A stretch of DNA of 64,000 nucleotides, from contig CAWHHZ010000008.1 of NCBI GenBank assembly GCA_963829355.1, forward strand, positions 97,075 through 161,074, in the 5' to 3' direction. Below the pieces are notes generated by a model. The model was given only the letters and a program-made list of their open reading frames with translations, was not told the DNA's origin and made no database searches. The position numbers were made by a program, and so were the translations under genes. Below, one piece after another: positions 49,838 to 58,404 of this stretch. Every line of letters starts with the position of its first letter. The first letter of the stretch is position 1. Origin of the DNA: an uncultured Acidobacteriota bacterium. GTDB taxonomy: Bacteria > Acidobacteriota > Thermoanaerobaculia > Gp7-AA8 > JAHWKK01.

Positions 49838-50506
49838 TCACTCTGTCCCGATTCCCGACCATCCGAGGCCGAGGCTCTGCGCCTCTTCGGTGAAGTCTTG
49901 CGGCACTGGAGCCTGGATCGACAGGCGCTCTCCGGTCTCCGGATGATTCATCGACAAGGTCCACGCGTGAAGCATCGGTCTCTTCTCTTCCTGTTCCGTT
50001 CCGTACAACCAGTCGGCGACCAGGGGATGACCGATCGACGACAGATGGACCCGGATCTGATGTGTGCGTCCGGTCATGAGCTCGATACTCAGGAGCGTGG
50101 CCCTGCTGCTGTGCGCAAGTGGCGTCAGACGCGTCAGTGCCCGCTTTCCACCCGCGCCAACCGCGAATGAGATCGGTCCGACACGCTCGAGCGGCGCGTC
50201 GATGAGCTGCGGCACCGCAAGCTCCCCCTCGACGAGTGCGAGATAGGTCTTGTGCACGTCCTTCCGCTCGAACGCACGCGTCACGCGCGGATTCATCTCA
50301 CTCTTTTTCGTGAAGAACATCACGCCGCTCGTCCCGCGGTCGAGCCGCTGCATGAGAAACACTTCCTCGCCGCGCTCCCGTGCCCGCTCGTCCATGATCG
50401 CGTGGAGGTTCGGCTCCTCAGCATCGTACGCCTGCTGGACCAGCAGCCCCGCGGGCTTGGCGATGAAAACGATGTAGTCGTCTTCGTAGAGGATCGGGGG
50501 GAGCAT
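49838..50506 (-). CDS. RluA-family pseudouridine synthase
   Basis: 'MQRLDRGTSGVMFF' (catalytic Asp motif), '...HQIRVHL'. Confidence 0.85.
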   Translation of the reverse strand: MLPPILYEDDYIVFIAKPAGLLVQQAYDAEEPNLHAIMDERARERGEEVFLMQRLDRGTSGVMFFTKKSEMNPRVTRAFERKDVHKTYLALVEGELAVPQLIDAPLERVGPISFAVGAGGKRALTRLTPLAHSSRATLLSIELMTGRTHQIRVHLSSIGHPLVADWLYGTEQEEKRPMLHAWTLSMNHPETGERLSIQAPVPQDFTEEAQSLGLGWSGIGTE

Positions 50507-50510
50507 ATCT

Positions 50511-50580
50511 GAACGATGAACGATGAACGATGAACGATGAACGATGAACGATGAACGATGAACGATGAACGATGAACGAT
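50511..50580. repeat. (GAACGAT)x10 perfect heptamer array abutting the rluA-family start codon
   Basis: Begins 5 nt upstream of the ATG at 50504-50506 (minus strand). It occupies the position where an RBS or promoter would be. Confidence 0.9.
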
Positions 50581-50661
50581 GAAACCGAACGCTTAATGGT
50601 GAGCTACGTTAGCCTATGAATCACCATCAGGCAAAGCAGCTCCAGACGCCGTTTTTCCTCT

Positions 50662-50691
50662 CATCGTTCAGCGTTCAGCGTTCATCGTTCC
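50662..50691. repeat. (CGTTCAG/CGTTCAT) heptamer array just 3' of the NamZ-like gene stop
   Basis: catcgttcagcgttcagcgttcatcgttcc. Confidence 0.8.
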
Positions 50692-50693
50692 AA

Positions 50694-51872
50694 TCACTCC
50701 TCGTACAACAGAAACTCCTCGCGCGCTTTCGCGAACGACCTGAGGGAGTCCTCCCATTCGTGGATCCAGGCGTCCAGATCCTCTCCGTTTTCAACGAGGT
50801 GACGGAAGCGGGCGGTTCCGGCGAGGAGATCGATCGCCAGACGATCGGCGACGAACTCGTATGGCTCGCGGCGCCAGTCGAACTTCTCCGGATCGAGATC
50901 ATGGGCGATCTTGATGCACCAGAGACCGGTGCGATATGGCTCGAAGGTGTTCCGGTCGGTGACGTGCAACTCGACACCGCCGCAGACTTTCCCCGCGTGT
51001 TTCTGAAACGTCGGCAGAAAGTAATGGGGCCTGAAGCGGACCCCTGGGAGCTCGAGATGATTCAGTGCCTCCGCGAGCCGGAAGGGGTCGAGCCACGGCG
51101 CGCCGAAGAACTCGAACGGATGAGTCGTACCACGTCCCTCGCTCAGATTGGTTCCCTCGACCAGACACATGCCGGGGTAAACGGTCGCCGTAAACACCGT
51201 CGGCATGTTCGGTGACGGAATGACCCAGGGCAGATCGGTGTCACCCCACCACATCGACCGTCGCCACCCGCGCATCGGCACCACGGTGAGTTTCGAATCG
51301 AGCTCAAAGGTTTTATTGAAATACCGGGCGAGCTCACCCGCGGTCATTCCATGCCGGGTAGGCAGAGGGAAAAGACCGACGAAGCTTTCGTATCCTTCCT
51401 CTCGCAGGTTTCCTTCGAGATGGATGCCGTCGATCGGGTTGGGGCGGTCGAGCACGATGACCTCGATGCCGAGCGGGGCCGCCACTTTCATGCAGAGCGC
51501 CATCGTATAGATGAATGTGTAGTACCGCGATCCGATGTCCTGAAGATCGATGACCAGCGCGTCGAGATTCGCAAGAAGTTCCGGTGGCGGCTCGAGTGCC
51601 TCCCGGCTCTTGCCGTAGAGCGAGTGAACGGGAAGACCCGTCAGCGGATCGCGCGAGCTCTCGACATGCGCCATATCCTGCTCCTCGCCCCAGATCCCGT
51701 GCTCGGGTCCGAAAAGCTGGACCAGCTTCCAACCCCTTCCCGCCTGGAGAAGCGACATCGAGTGCCGCAGGTCACGAGTTACGGCGCTCTGGTGGGTGAC
51801 GAGCCCGATCCTCTTGCCCATGATCGGCTTCGGGTTCTCGATGAGGACTTCCAGTCCGGGTACCACGCTCAT
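50694..51872 (-). CDS. DUF1343 / NamZ-family exo-beta-N-acetylmuramidase-like protein
   Basis: 392 aa. 'RIGLVTHQSAV...LFGPEHG' N-terminal Rossmann-like pattern and overall DUF1343 architecture. Confidence 0.7.
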   Translation of the reverse strand: MSVVPGLEVLIENPKPIMGKRIGLVTHQSAVTRDLRHSMSLLQAGRGWKLVQLFGPEHGIWGEEQDMAHVESSRDPLTGLPVHSLYGKSREALEPPPELLANLDALVIDLQDIGSRYYTFIYTMALCMKVAAPLGIEVIVLDRPNPIDGIHLEGNLREEGYESFVGLFPLPTRHGMTAGELARYFNKTFELDSKLTVVPMRGWRRSMWWGDTDLPWVIPSPNMPTVFTATVYPGMCLVEGTNLSEGRGTTHPFEFFGAPWLDPFRLAEALNHLELPGVRFRPHYFLPTFQKHAGKVCGGVELHVTDRNTFEPYRTGLWCIKIAHDLDPEKFDWRREPYEFVADRLAIDLLAGTARFRHLVENGEDLDAWIHEWEDSLRSFAKAREEFLLYEE

Positions 51873-51885
51873 GCATCTCTCCTTG

Positions 51886-52369
51886 TCAATGTCGGGTCTC
51901 GCCGCCCAGCAACTTCAATGCGTGCGGAATCAGGTCGATGATCGCCTCGAGATTCTCCACTGCACCATCACGACTGCCGGGCAGGTTGATCACCAGAGCA
52001 TCGCCGCGGACCGCCGCCTGTGCCCGCGACAGGGGAGCAAAGCGAGTCTTCTCGAGTGATCGAGTCCTCATCAGCTCTCCAAATCCGGGGAGGCGTTTCG
52101 TCGTCACCGCGTCGGTCGCTTCCGGTGTCACGTCTCTCTCTGCGATTCCCGTTCCGCCCGTGGTAATCACGAGCCGGCACCCGAAGCTCGTCGACAGCCT
52201 CGCGGATACGTGCCGAGATCTGATCGAGCTCGTCCGGCACGATGATGCGCTCGATTGGCTCGTACCCACGGTCCCGCAGCAGAGACTCGACTGCAGGACC
52301 GGACTCGTCCTCGAGCTCGCCTCTGGACGCGCGGTCACTGCATGTGATGACGATCGCTTTGATTTTCAT
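51886..52369 (-). pseudogene. molybdopterin adenylyltransferase MogA/MoaB-like, split by a 1-nt frameshift near 52185
   Basis: N-terminal frame 'MKIKAIVITCSDRASRGELEDESGPAVESLLRDRGYEPIERIIVPDELDQISARIREAVDEL'. C-terminal frame 'RLVITTGGTGIAERDVTPEATDAV...GDALVINLPGSRDGAVENLEAI'. Confidence 0.6.
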
Positions 52370-52445
52370 GCCTTCCGAATCCTGAATGCTGAAAGAAAGG
52401 CAACGAGCATTCAACATTCAACGTCCCAGCCCCCCTTCTCCAAAC

Positions 52446-52510
52446 CGACAACCGACAACCGCCAGAACTGCCGAGAACTGAGAACCGAGAACTGAGAATT
52501 GAGAACCGAC
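52446..52510. repeat. heptamer arrays (CCGACAA)x2 and (GAGAACT-like)x5 in the divergent mogA/queA intergenic region
   Basis: Direct reading. Confidence 0.8.
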
Positions 52511-52593
52511 TCTTCAGTATGACCCCTCAGCATTCCCCGTTCCACATCTCCGGCATATTCTTTCGGTTCTCTGCATTCAAGACACGCGTTCGC

Positions 52594-53652
52594 ATGAAAA
52601 AGAGTGACTTCAATTACGAGCTCCCCCAGGAGCGGATCGCGCAGGAACCACGCCAGCGCGGGAAATCGAGGATGATGCTGGTCGATTCCGGAGACGGCTC
52701 GATCGCGCACCAGCACATCGCAGATCTCCCCCGCCATCTCGTCCCGGGCGACGTTCTCGTTCTCAACGATACGCGGGTCATCCCCGCACGACTCTTCGCC
52801 GCTCCCAGGCCGGGAATGACCCGGCCGATCGAGATTCTGCTCGCGAAGCGTCTCGCGCCCCACCGATGGGAATGTCTTGCAAAACCGGCGAAGAGACTGC
52901 GTCCGGGCGACCATCTCCAGATATCTGAGCAATTGCAGGCCACGATTATCGAGAAGAGCGAGGGAGGAATCGTCGTCGTCGCGTTCAGTACGGAGAGCGC
53001 GAGTGAAGACGCCTTCTGGCAGGCACTCGAGGCCGCCGGACGAATGCCCCTCCCTCCCTACATTCACCGTCAGTCCGCATCGGATGCGATCGAAGACCGG
53101 GTCGCGTATCAGACCGTGTATGCCGACCGGCCCGGTGCGGTCGCGGCACCGACGGCAGGACTCCACTTCACCAGGGAAATCCTCGACGAGATCGAACAAC
53201 GCGGTGTCGAGATCGTGCGCGTCACCCTGCACGTCGGAATCGGCACCTTTCGCCCCGTGCAGGTCGACGATGTCAGAGATCACGTGATGGACGAAGAGTG
53301 GTACGAGGTCTCTCCCCCTGCTGCCGGGACGATCAACCGTGCCCTCGACGACAACCGTCGAGTCGTCGCGGTGGGAACGACCGCGGTGCGGACTCTCGAG
53401 AGCGCCACCGGCCACGATGGACGGCTTCAGCCCGGGGAAGGACGGACTCGGCTTTTCATCACGCCCGGCTACCGGTTCAGGGCTGTCGGCGCTCTGCTGA
53501 CGAACTTTCATCTCCCGGAGAGCACGCTTCTGATGCTCGTCTCGGCATTCGCCGGCCGCGATCTGGTGTTGCGCGCGTACGCCGAAGCGATCGCTGAGTC
53601 GTACGCGTTCTACAGCTACGGCGACTGCATGTTCCTGCCACGAAGAGCGTGA
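52594..53652 (+). CDS. queA: S-adenosylmethionine:tRNA ribosyltransferase-isomerase
   Basis: 'MKKSDFNYELPQERIAQEP...RMMLVD...VLVLNDTRVIPARL...LPPYIHR', full-length QueA. Confidence 0.9.
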   Translation: MKKSDFNYELPQERIAQEPRQRGKSRMMLVDSGDGSIAHQHIADLPRHLVPGDVLVLNDTRVIPARLFAAPRPGMTRPIEILLAKRLAPHRWECLAKPAKRLRPGDHLQISEQLQATIIEKSEGGIVVVAFSTESASEDAFWQALEAAGRMPLPPYIHRQSASDAIEDRVAYQTVYADRPGAVAAPTAGLHFTREILDEIEQRGVEIVRVTLHVGIGTFRPVQVDDVRDHVMDEEWYEVSPPAAGTINRALDDNRRVVAVGTTAVRTLESATGHDGRLQPGEGRTRLFITPGYRFRAVGALLTNFHLPESTLLMLVSAFAGRDLVLRAYAEAIAESYAFYSYGDCMFLPRRA

Positions 53653-53799
53653 CCCGCCCCCTGGGCCCGCGCAGGCGGGCCGTGACAAACGGAGCGCTGT
53701 GTCGCCCGCCTGCGCCTCGCTCCAGGCAGCGCTGCGCCACTGTCATCCTGAGCGATGGGACATCGCGTGACGACGCGCCTGAGAGACAGAAACAGGTCT

Positions 53800-53907
53800 G
53801 TCATTCCGAACGATCCCGCAAAGCGGGAGAGGAGGAATCTGGGGTGCAATGCAGGTCTGCCGCCCAGATTCCTCAGTCGCGATGAGGCCGCTCCTTCGGA
53901 ATGACAG
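53800..53907. repeat. nested inverted-repeat element, type B (GTCATTCCGAA...TTCGGAATGACAG); preceded by a type-A terminal fragment at 53742-53754
   Basis: Shares 'GAGGAGGAATCTG...AGATTCCTCAGTCGCGATGA..CCGCTCCTTCGGAATGACAG' with the copy at 57469. Confidence 0.7.
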
Positions 53908-54020
53908 GGAACGCCGAACCCGCATAGTTGCAGTACGCCATCCTTCGCTGACTCTCAGGACGACAAATTTTCGAACGGCTCCGGTTCAACCCGTGTTAGA
54001 ACCTTCCGAGGACTGACCGC

Positions 54021-54986
54021 TTGAATCGAAACCCCTTCTCCTGGATCGCCTTCGGACTGGTGTGCTTCGTATGGGGCACGACCTATCTCGCCATTGCCGT
54101 GGCGATCCGCACGCTGCCGGACTTCCTGTTCCCTGCGCTCCGATTCATTCTCGGGGGGTTCATTCTTCTCGCAATCTGTATCGCTGCCGGGCAGAAGCTG
54201 CCGCGGAGACCAAAGGACTGGCTCAATCTGACGATCATCGGCTTTCTCATGGTCGTCGTAGGAAACGTCGCCGTGGTGTTCGCCGAGCGCGATGTGCCCA
54301 GCGGTATCGCAGCGCTCATGGTTGCCACGGCCCCGTTCTGGATGGCCCTTCTCGAATCGTTCCGGAAGAACGGCGAAAGAATGAATCCGAGGAAGATCGC
54401 CGGCATGCTCGTCGGGTTCGGAGGCGTGGCGATTCTCGTGGCCCCCGCCTTCCGAGGGATCCTGTCGGCCGGATTTCTGGTCGGCGCCTTCGTCATTCAG
54501 ATCGGCAACTTCTCCTGGAACCTCGGAGCCTTCCGTTCAAAATACGCGATCCCGCGGGACATCCCTCCACTGGTCGCCGCGTCGATCCAGATGATCGCGG
54601 GCGGCATGATCGCCGGAGTCATCGGACTCGGACTCGGCGAGTGGCGCCAGTTTTCTTTTACGACGGATACATTTCTGGCGTTTCTCTACCTGGTCATCTT
54701 CGGCTCAGTCGTCGCGTACGGCGCCTACGTCTATGCACTCGCCCATCTTCCGACCTCGGTCGTGGCAACGCACACCTACATCAACCCCGTGATCGCGGTG
54801 ATCGCCGGCCGCGTTCTGCTCGACGAGCCACTCGGCTGGCGCGCCGTGCTCTCGATGGCGGTCATCTTTGCCGGCGTCGCGATCGTGAAAACCGATCGTT
54901 CCCATGTCCCGCAGACTTCCACCGGCATTCTCCCGCCGGTCGAACCGGCCGCTGATTCGCAGCGAGGAATGAAAATCAGGGACTGA
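54021..54986 (+). CDS. EamA/DMT-superfamily transporter
   Basis: 10-TM pattern with duplicated EamA halves ('WGTTYLAIAVAI', 'LAFLYLVIFGSVVAYGAYVYAL'). Confidence 0.8.
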   Translation: MNRNPFSWIAFGLVCFVWGTTYLAIAVAIRTLPDFLFPALRFILGGFILLAICIAAGQKLPRRPKDWLNLTIIGFLMVVVGNVAVVFAERDVPSGIAALMVATAPFWMALLESFRKNGERMNPRKIAGMLVGFGGVAILVAPAFRGILSAGFLVGAFVIQIGNFSWNLGAFRSKYAIPRDIPPLVAASIQMIAGGMIAGVIGLGLGEWRQFSFTTDTFLAFLYLVIFGSVVAYGAYVYALAHLPTSVVATHTYINPVIAVIAGRVLLDEPLGWRAVLSMAVIFAGVAIVKTDRSHVPQTSTGILPPVEPAADSQRGMKIRD

Positions 54987-55056
54987 CGAGGTCGCTGTTT
55001 CCGGCTAGGCATGCCTTCTGCTTTATTTCAAATAACATCAACAGAAAGGACATGTC

Positions 55057-56040
55057 ATGAACAGAAAGCTCATTCAGCTGGCGATCACGATGGTCGCGGT
55101 CATCCTGCTGGCAGGGTGCGGGTCTTCGGGACTCGGAGACATTCTCGGTGGCGGAGACAGCGGCACCGTAACCAACGAACAGAACATGGTCAGAGGAACG
55201 GTGGATCGGGTCGATACGCGGAACCAGACGATCGTTCTGAGAAACGCCGACACCTATCGTTCGAATCTTCAGAACGGCGGCGGCAGCGATACGATCTACC
55301 TCGACTACGACAGCAACACGACCGTAGCGTACGGCGGACAGGATTACAGTCCAGCCGCTCTCGAGCCGGGCGATCAGATCGAAGCGAGTGCTGCGATGGT
55401 GGGTAACAGGCTCGTGGCGGATCGTATCAGCGTCACTCACGACGTTTCGGGCAACGGCACCACGACCAGTCCTTCCACCGTGACTGATCTGCGCGGGCGC
55501 GTCACCGACGTCGACACGAGAAGCCGGACGCTCTCGGTCCAGCAGGATTCGTGGAACCGCACCGGGCAGACCTATCGCGTCAGCTATGAAAGCAATACTC
55601 CGGTCTACTGGCAGGGGCGAGTCTACAGTCCCGAAAACCTCGAGCGCGGAGACCTGATCCAGATCGACTTCCGCCAATCCGGAAACGTTCTGATCGCACA
55701 GGAGATCGAGGTGATCGAAAGTTCCTCGACCACCCAGGGCACAACGAACAGTTTCCAGCCGGATCTTCGCGGAACGGTTCTGAGCGTGGATACCCGCAAC
55801 AACACGATCACTGTTCAGCAGCCTACCTGGATGCAGAGATTCAGCACTGGCACGAACACGAGCAACAGCGTCACACTCCGGTATACATCTTCGACGACGG
55901 TCGAGTACAACGGCCAGCTCTATGCTCCCGAGAACCTCGAGCGTGGAGACACGGTGGAAATCGACGTCAGTGAGTATGGGAACACCCTGACGGCCGAAGC
56001 AATCGTGGTCACCAGTAACGCCCGCCAGTCGAACTTCTGA
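55057..56040 (+). CDS. lipoprotein with four roughly 70-aa internal repeats
   Basis: Lipobox 'LLAGCGSS'. Repeated 'RGTV..VDTRN.TI.V......R..Y.SNT.V.Y.GQ.YSP..LE.GD.I' units. Confidence 0.5.
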   Translation: MNRKLIQLAITMVAVILLAGCGSSGLGDILGGGDSGTVTNEQNMVRGTVDRVDTRNQTIVLRNADTYRSNLQNGGGSDTIYLDYDSNTTVAYGGQDYSPAALEPGDQIEASAAMVGNRLVADRISVTHDVSGNGTTTSPSTVTDLRGRVTDVDTRSRTLSVQQDSWNRTGQTYRVSYESNTPVYWQGRVYSPENLERGDLIQIDFRQSGNVLIAQEIEVIESSSTTQGTTNSFQPDLRGTVLSVDTRNNTITVQQPTWMQRFSTGTNTSNSVTLRYTSSTTVEYNGQLYAPENLERGDTVEIDVSEYGNTLTAEAIVVTSNARQSNF

Positions 56041-56061
56041 CGCGGCGGCAATCGAACGACA

Positions 56062-56090
56062 GGGCGGCTCTCCGGAGCCGCCCTTTTTTT
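56062..56090 (+). terminator. rho-independent terminator
   Basis: GGGCGGCTC-TCCG-GAGCCGCCC followed by T7. Confidence 0.75.
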
Positions 56091-56132
56091 GCCAGAACCA
56101 TGCATCGCCGCGGCGCCTGGCAAAAACCAGGT

Positions 56133-56244
56133 GTCATCCTGAGCCGCCGCAGGACGGCCGAAGGATCGCGTTCGGCCCGACTCTCAGGACGGAAAGTACG
56201 CGACAGTCAGGACGCACCCGATCCTTCGCTGCGCTCAGGATGAC
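56133..56244. repeat. nested inverted-repeat element, type A
   Basis: GTCATCCTGAGCCGCC...GGACGGCCGAAGGATCGCG...GCTCAGGATGAC. Confidence 0.75.
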
Positions 56245-56322
56245 ATATTCGTATTGACAAATCTGATCTGTGGCCTTATCTTCTATACATATTCGCTTGA
56301 ACGAATTCTCAAGAGGAGTCAG

Positions 56323-56799
56323 ATGAGTCAGACGGAAACCGCAGTAACCTTTCTCAAGCCCCACATCTCGATCAACGTCCGTAACCTGGAGGCGAGCCTC
56401 GATTTCTATCGACGCATGCTCGGTCTCGAGCCAGCAAAAGTGAGGACCGGGTACGCGAAGTTCGATGTCCAGAATCCACCACTGAACCTCGCCCTCAACG
56501 AGGTCCCTTCGCTCGAGGGGCCGGGAGCGCTCTCTCATCTCGGCTTCCAGGTCTCCACCACCGAAGACGTGCTCGCGATGCGTGCGCGCTGGTCGGAGGC
56601 GGGCCTGATTTCGCGGGACGAGATGCAGACGGACTGCTGCTATGCCACCCAGGACAAGACGTGGGTGAAGGACCCGGACGGAAACGAGTGGGAGGCGTTC
56701 GTGGTTCTCCAGGACAATCTTCCGGAGAACCAGGAGTATGCCGGGAGCTGCTGCTCCACCGTCACCAGCACATGCAGCACCACGGGAGGTGCGGCGTGA
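56323..56799 (+). CDS. ArsI/CadI-family VOC (glyoxalase-fold) metalloenzyme with vicinal Cys pair
   Basis: Collinear with Bacillus ArsI: 'HISINVRNLEASLDFYRRMLG...AKFDVQNPPLNLALNE...HLGFQVSTTEDV...TDCCYATQDKTWVKDPDGNEWEAF', including the As(III)-binding 'CC'. Cys-rich C-terminal tail. Confidence 0.65.
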   Translation: MSQTETAVTFLKPHISINVRNLEASLDFYRRMLGLEPAKVRTGYAKFDVQNPPLNLALNEVPSLEGPGALSHLGFQVSTTEDVLAMRARWSEAGLISRDEMQTDCCYATQDKTWVKDPDGNEWEAFVVLQDNLPENQEYAGSCCSTVTSTCSTTGGAA

Positions 56800-56810
56800 T
56801 CGAGATGTTC

Positions 56811-57416
56811 CTCAGCGGGATGATCGCCGGATACGGAATCGCGATACCGGTCGGCGCCATCGCGGTACTGATCATCGACACGAGCATGCGTCACGGTTTC
56901 CGCCACGGCTTTGCAGCCGGGGCGGGAGCCGCCAGCGCCGATCTGCTCTATGCTTCCCTGGCGGCGGGAGCAGGCGGCCTGCTCGCGCCGCTCATCGCGC
57001 CCGCAGCGTCGGTCATCGGCACGGTAAGCGGTCTCGTCCTCTTCCTCATGGCTCTGTCCGGGCTCCGCGCGCTCAGACGGGACGCTGCAAGCTCGGGAAC
57101 GCCCTCCGCGTCGGGGCGCTCGAGCCGATCGACCTTTCTCCGGTTCACTGCCCTGACGATCGTCAATCCCCTCACCGTCGTCTACTTCTCCGCGCTCCTG
57201 CTCGGAACGGGAGTCGGCCAGCTGACGACGCGCTCCCTGCTGGTGTTCATCGCCGGGGCATTCATCGCATCTCTGTCGTGGCAGACGATGCTCGCCGCGC
57301 TGGGAGCATGGGCTCACGTGGCAGCGGGAACCTCCTTCAGGCGTGTGAGTGGGCTTGTCGGCAATCTCGTCATCCTCGGCTTTGCCGTGACGACGCTGTT
57401 TCGCGCATGGGCGTGA
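56811..57416 (+). CDS. LysE/RhtB-family amino-acid exporter
   Basis: 'MFLSGMIAGYGIAIPVGAIAVLIIDTSMRHG' N-terminal LysE pattern, about 6 TM. Confidence 0.65.
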   Translation, partial: LSGMIAGYGIAIPVGAIAVLIIDTSMRHGFRHGFAAGAGAASADLLYASLAAGAGGLLAPLIAPAASVIGTVSGLVLFLMALSGLRALRRDAASSGTPSASGRSSRSTFLRFTALTIVNPLTVVYFSALLLGTGVGQLTTRSLLVFIAGAFIASLSWQTMLAALGAWAHVAAGTSFRRVSGLVGNLVILGFAVTTLFRAWA

Positions 57417-57468
57417 GCAATGGACATCTGAGCGCATTGAGAGCCTGGCCCTGGCCTGGCAGATTGCT

Positions 57469-57592
57469 GTCATTCCGCCTGCCCTGAGGAGCGAAGCGAC
57501 GTAGGGAACGAGCGAAGCGAGGAGGAATCTGTTGGGTGGACTCCACGCCGAGATTCCTCAGTCGCGATGAAACCGCTCCTTCGGAATGACAG
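57469..57592. repeat. nested inverted-repeat element, type B
   Basis: See the copy at 53800. Confidence 0.7.
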
Positions 57593-57736
57593 AATGAGCA
57601 GGCACTCGAAAGGGTGTGGGCACGAGGTAAAGGAGCTGAACGCACCCGCCCACCACTGAGGAGCCATCAAAAAAATGCGCAGGCCTCGAGGCCTGCGCAT
57701 CCGCCGGCTGATTGCCGGCACTTCCTTTTCTTCGAT

Positions 57737-58393
57737 TCAGCGCTTGCCGTAGTTCATCTCCGTGCCCTTCCTCTGGGCGATGATGTAGGCCTCGAGCGCG
57801 CGCATGTTCGGATCATCCGGATCGAGCTTCGGGCCTTTCACAGCCTGCTCGATGCACCAGTTGATCATGTCGCGAAGGTGAGCGACACGCCCCATCTGCA
57901 CCTGGAATTTCGGATATGTCTCGGGATGGGTATTCGACCCGTCGGGGTGGCACATGTCGCAGGAAACAGAGATCTCGCTCCCGAGCTCTCCGGCGCTATG
58001 AAACACCTCTGATCCGCGTACGACGAGCTTCAGCGTCTCATGCTCCCAGATCTTCGTGTCGAGCTCCGTGACTTTCCCGTAGGTATGTCCCGCCTGGTTG
58101 CCAATGACATCCGCGTTGTCGGCGGGCCTGACGATCTTGTGCTTCGACATTTCCTCTTCCATCCACCCGTCCTCGACGGGACGCTGCCACTGCGCATTCA
58201 GGTCCTGACTGACGGCGACGTCCTCGTCTCCGCCCGCCGCAGGTGCGGCCTCATTCGCCGGGACGTCCGTTGTGACACTCGCCGCGACGGGCGCCACGAC
58301 TCCCGTGCTGGTACGGGCGCATCCCCATACGATGACGGCCGCCGCGAGCAGCAGGAGCATCATCGAGCCAATTCTCATCTTCATCGTTTTCAT
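57737..58393 (-). CDS. c-type cytochrome lipoprotein
   Basis: Lipobox 'VIVWGCA'. Single CxxCH ('CDMCH'). Confidence 0.5.
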   Translation of the reverse strand: MKTMKMRIGSMMLLLLAAAVIVWGCARTSTGVVAPVAASVTTDVPANEAAPAAGGDEDVAVSQDLNAQWQRPVEDGWMEEEMSKHKIVRPADNADVIGNQAGHTYGKVTELDTKIWEHETLKLVVRGSEVFHSAGELGSEISVSCDMCHPDGSNTHPETYPKFQVQMGRVAHLRDMINWCIEQAVKGPKLDPDDPNMRALEAYIIAQRKGTEMNYGKR

Positions 58394-58404
58394 CGATCGT
58401 CTCC

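Noticed and set aside
50511-50580. CRISPR array
   Set aside because: The units are 7 nt with no unique spacers. They are simple tandem repeats, not repeat-spacer arrays, and there are no cas genes.
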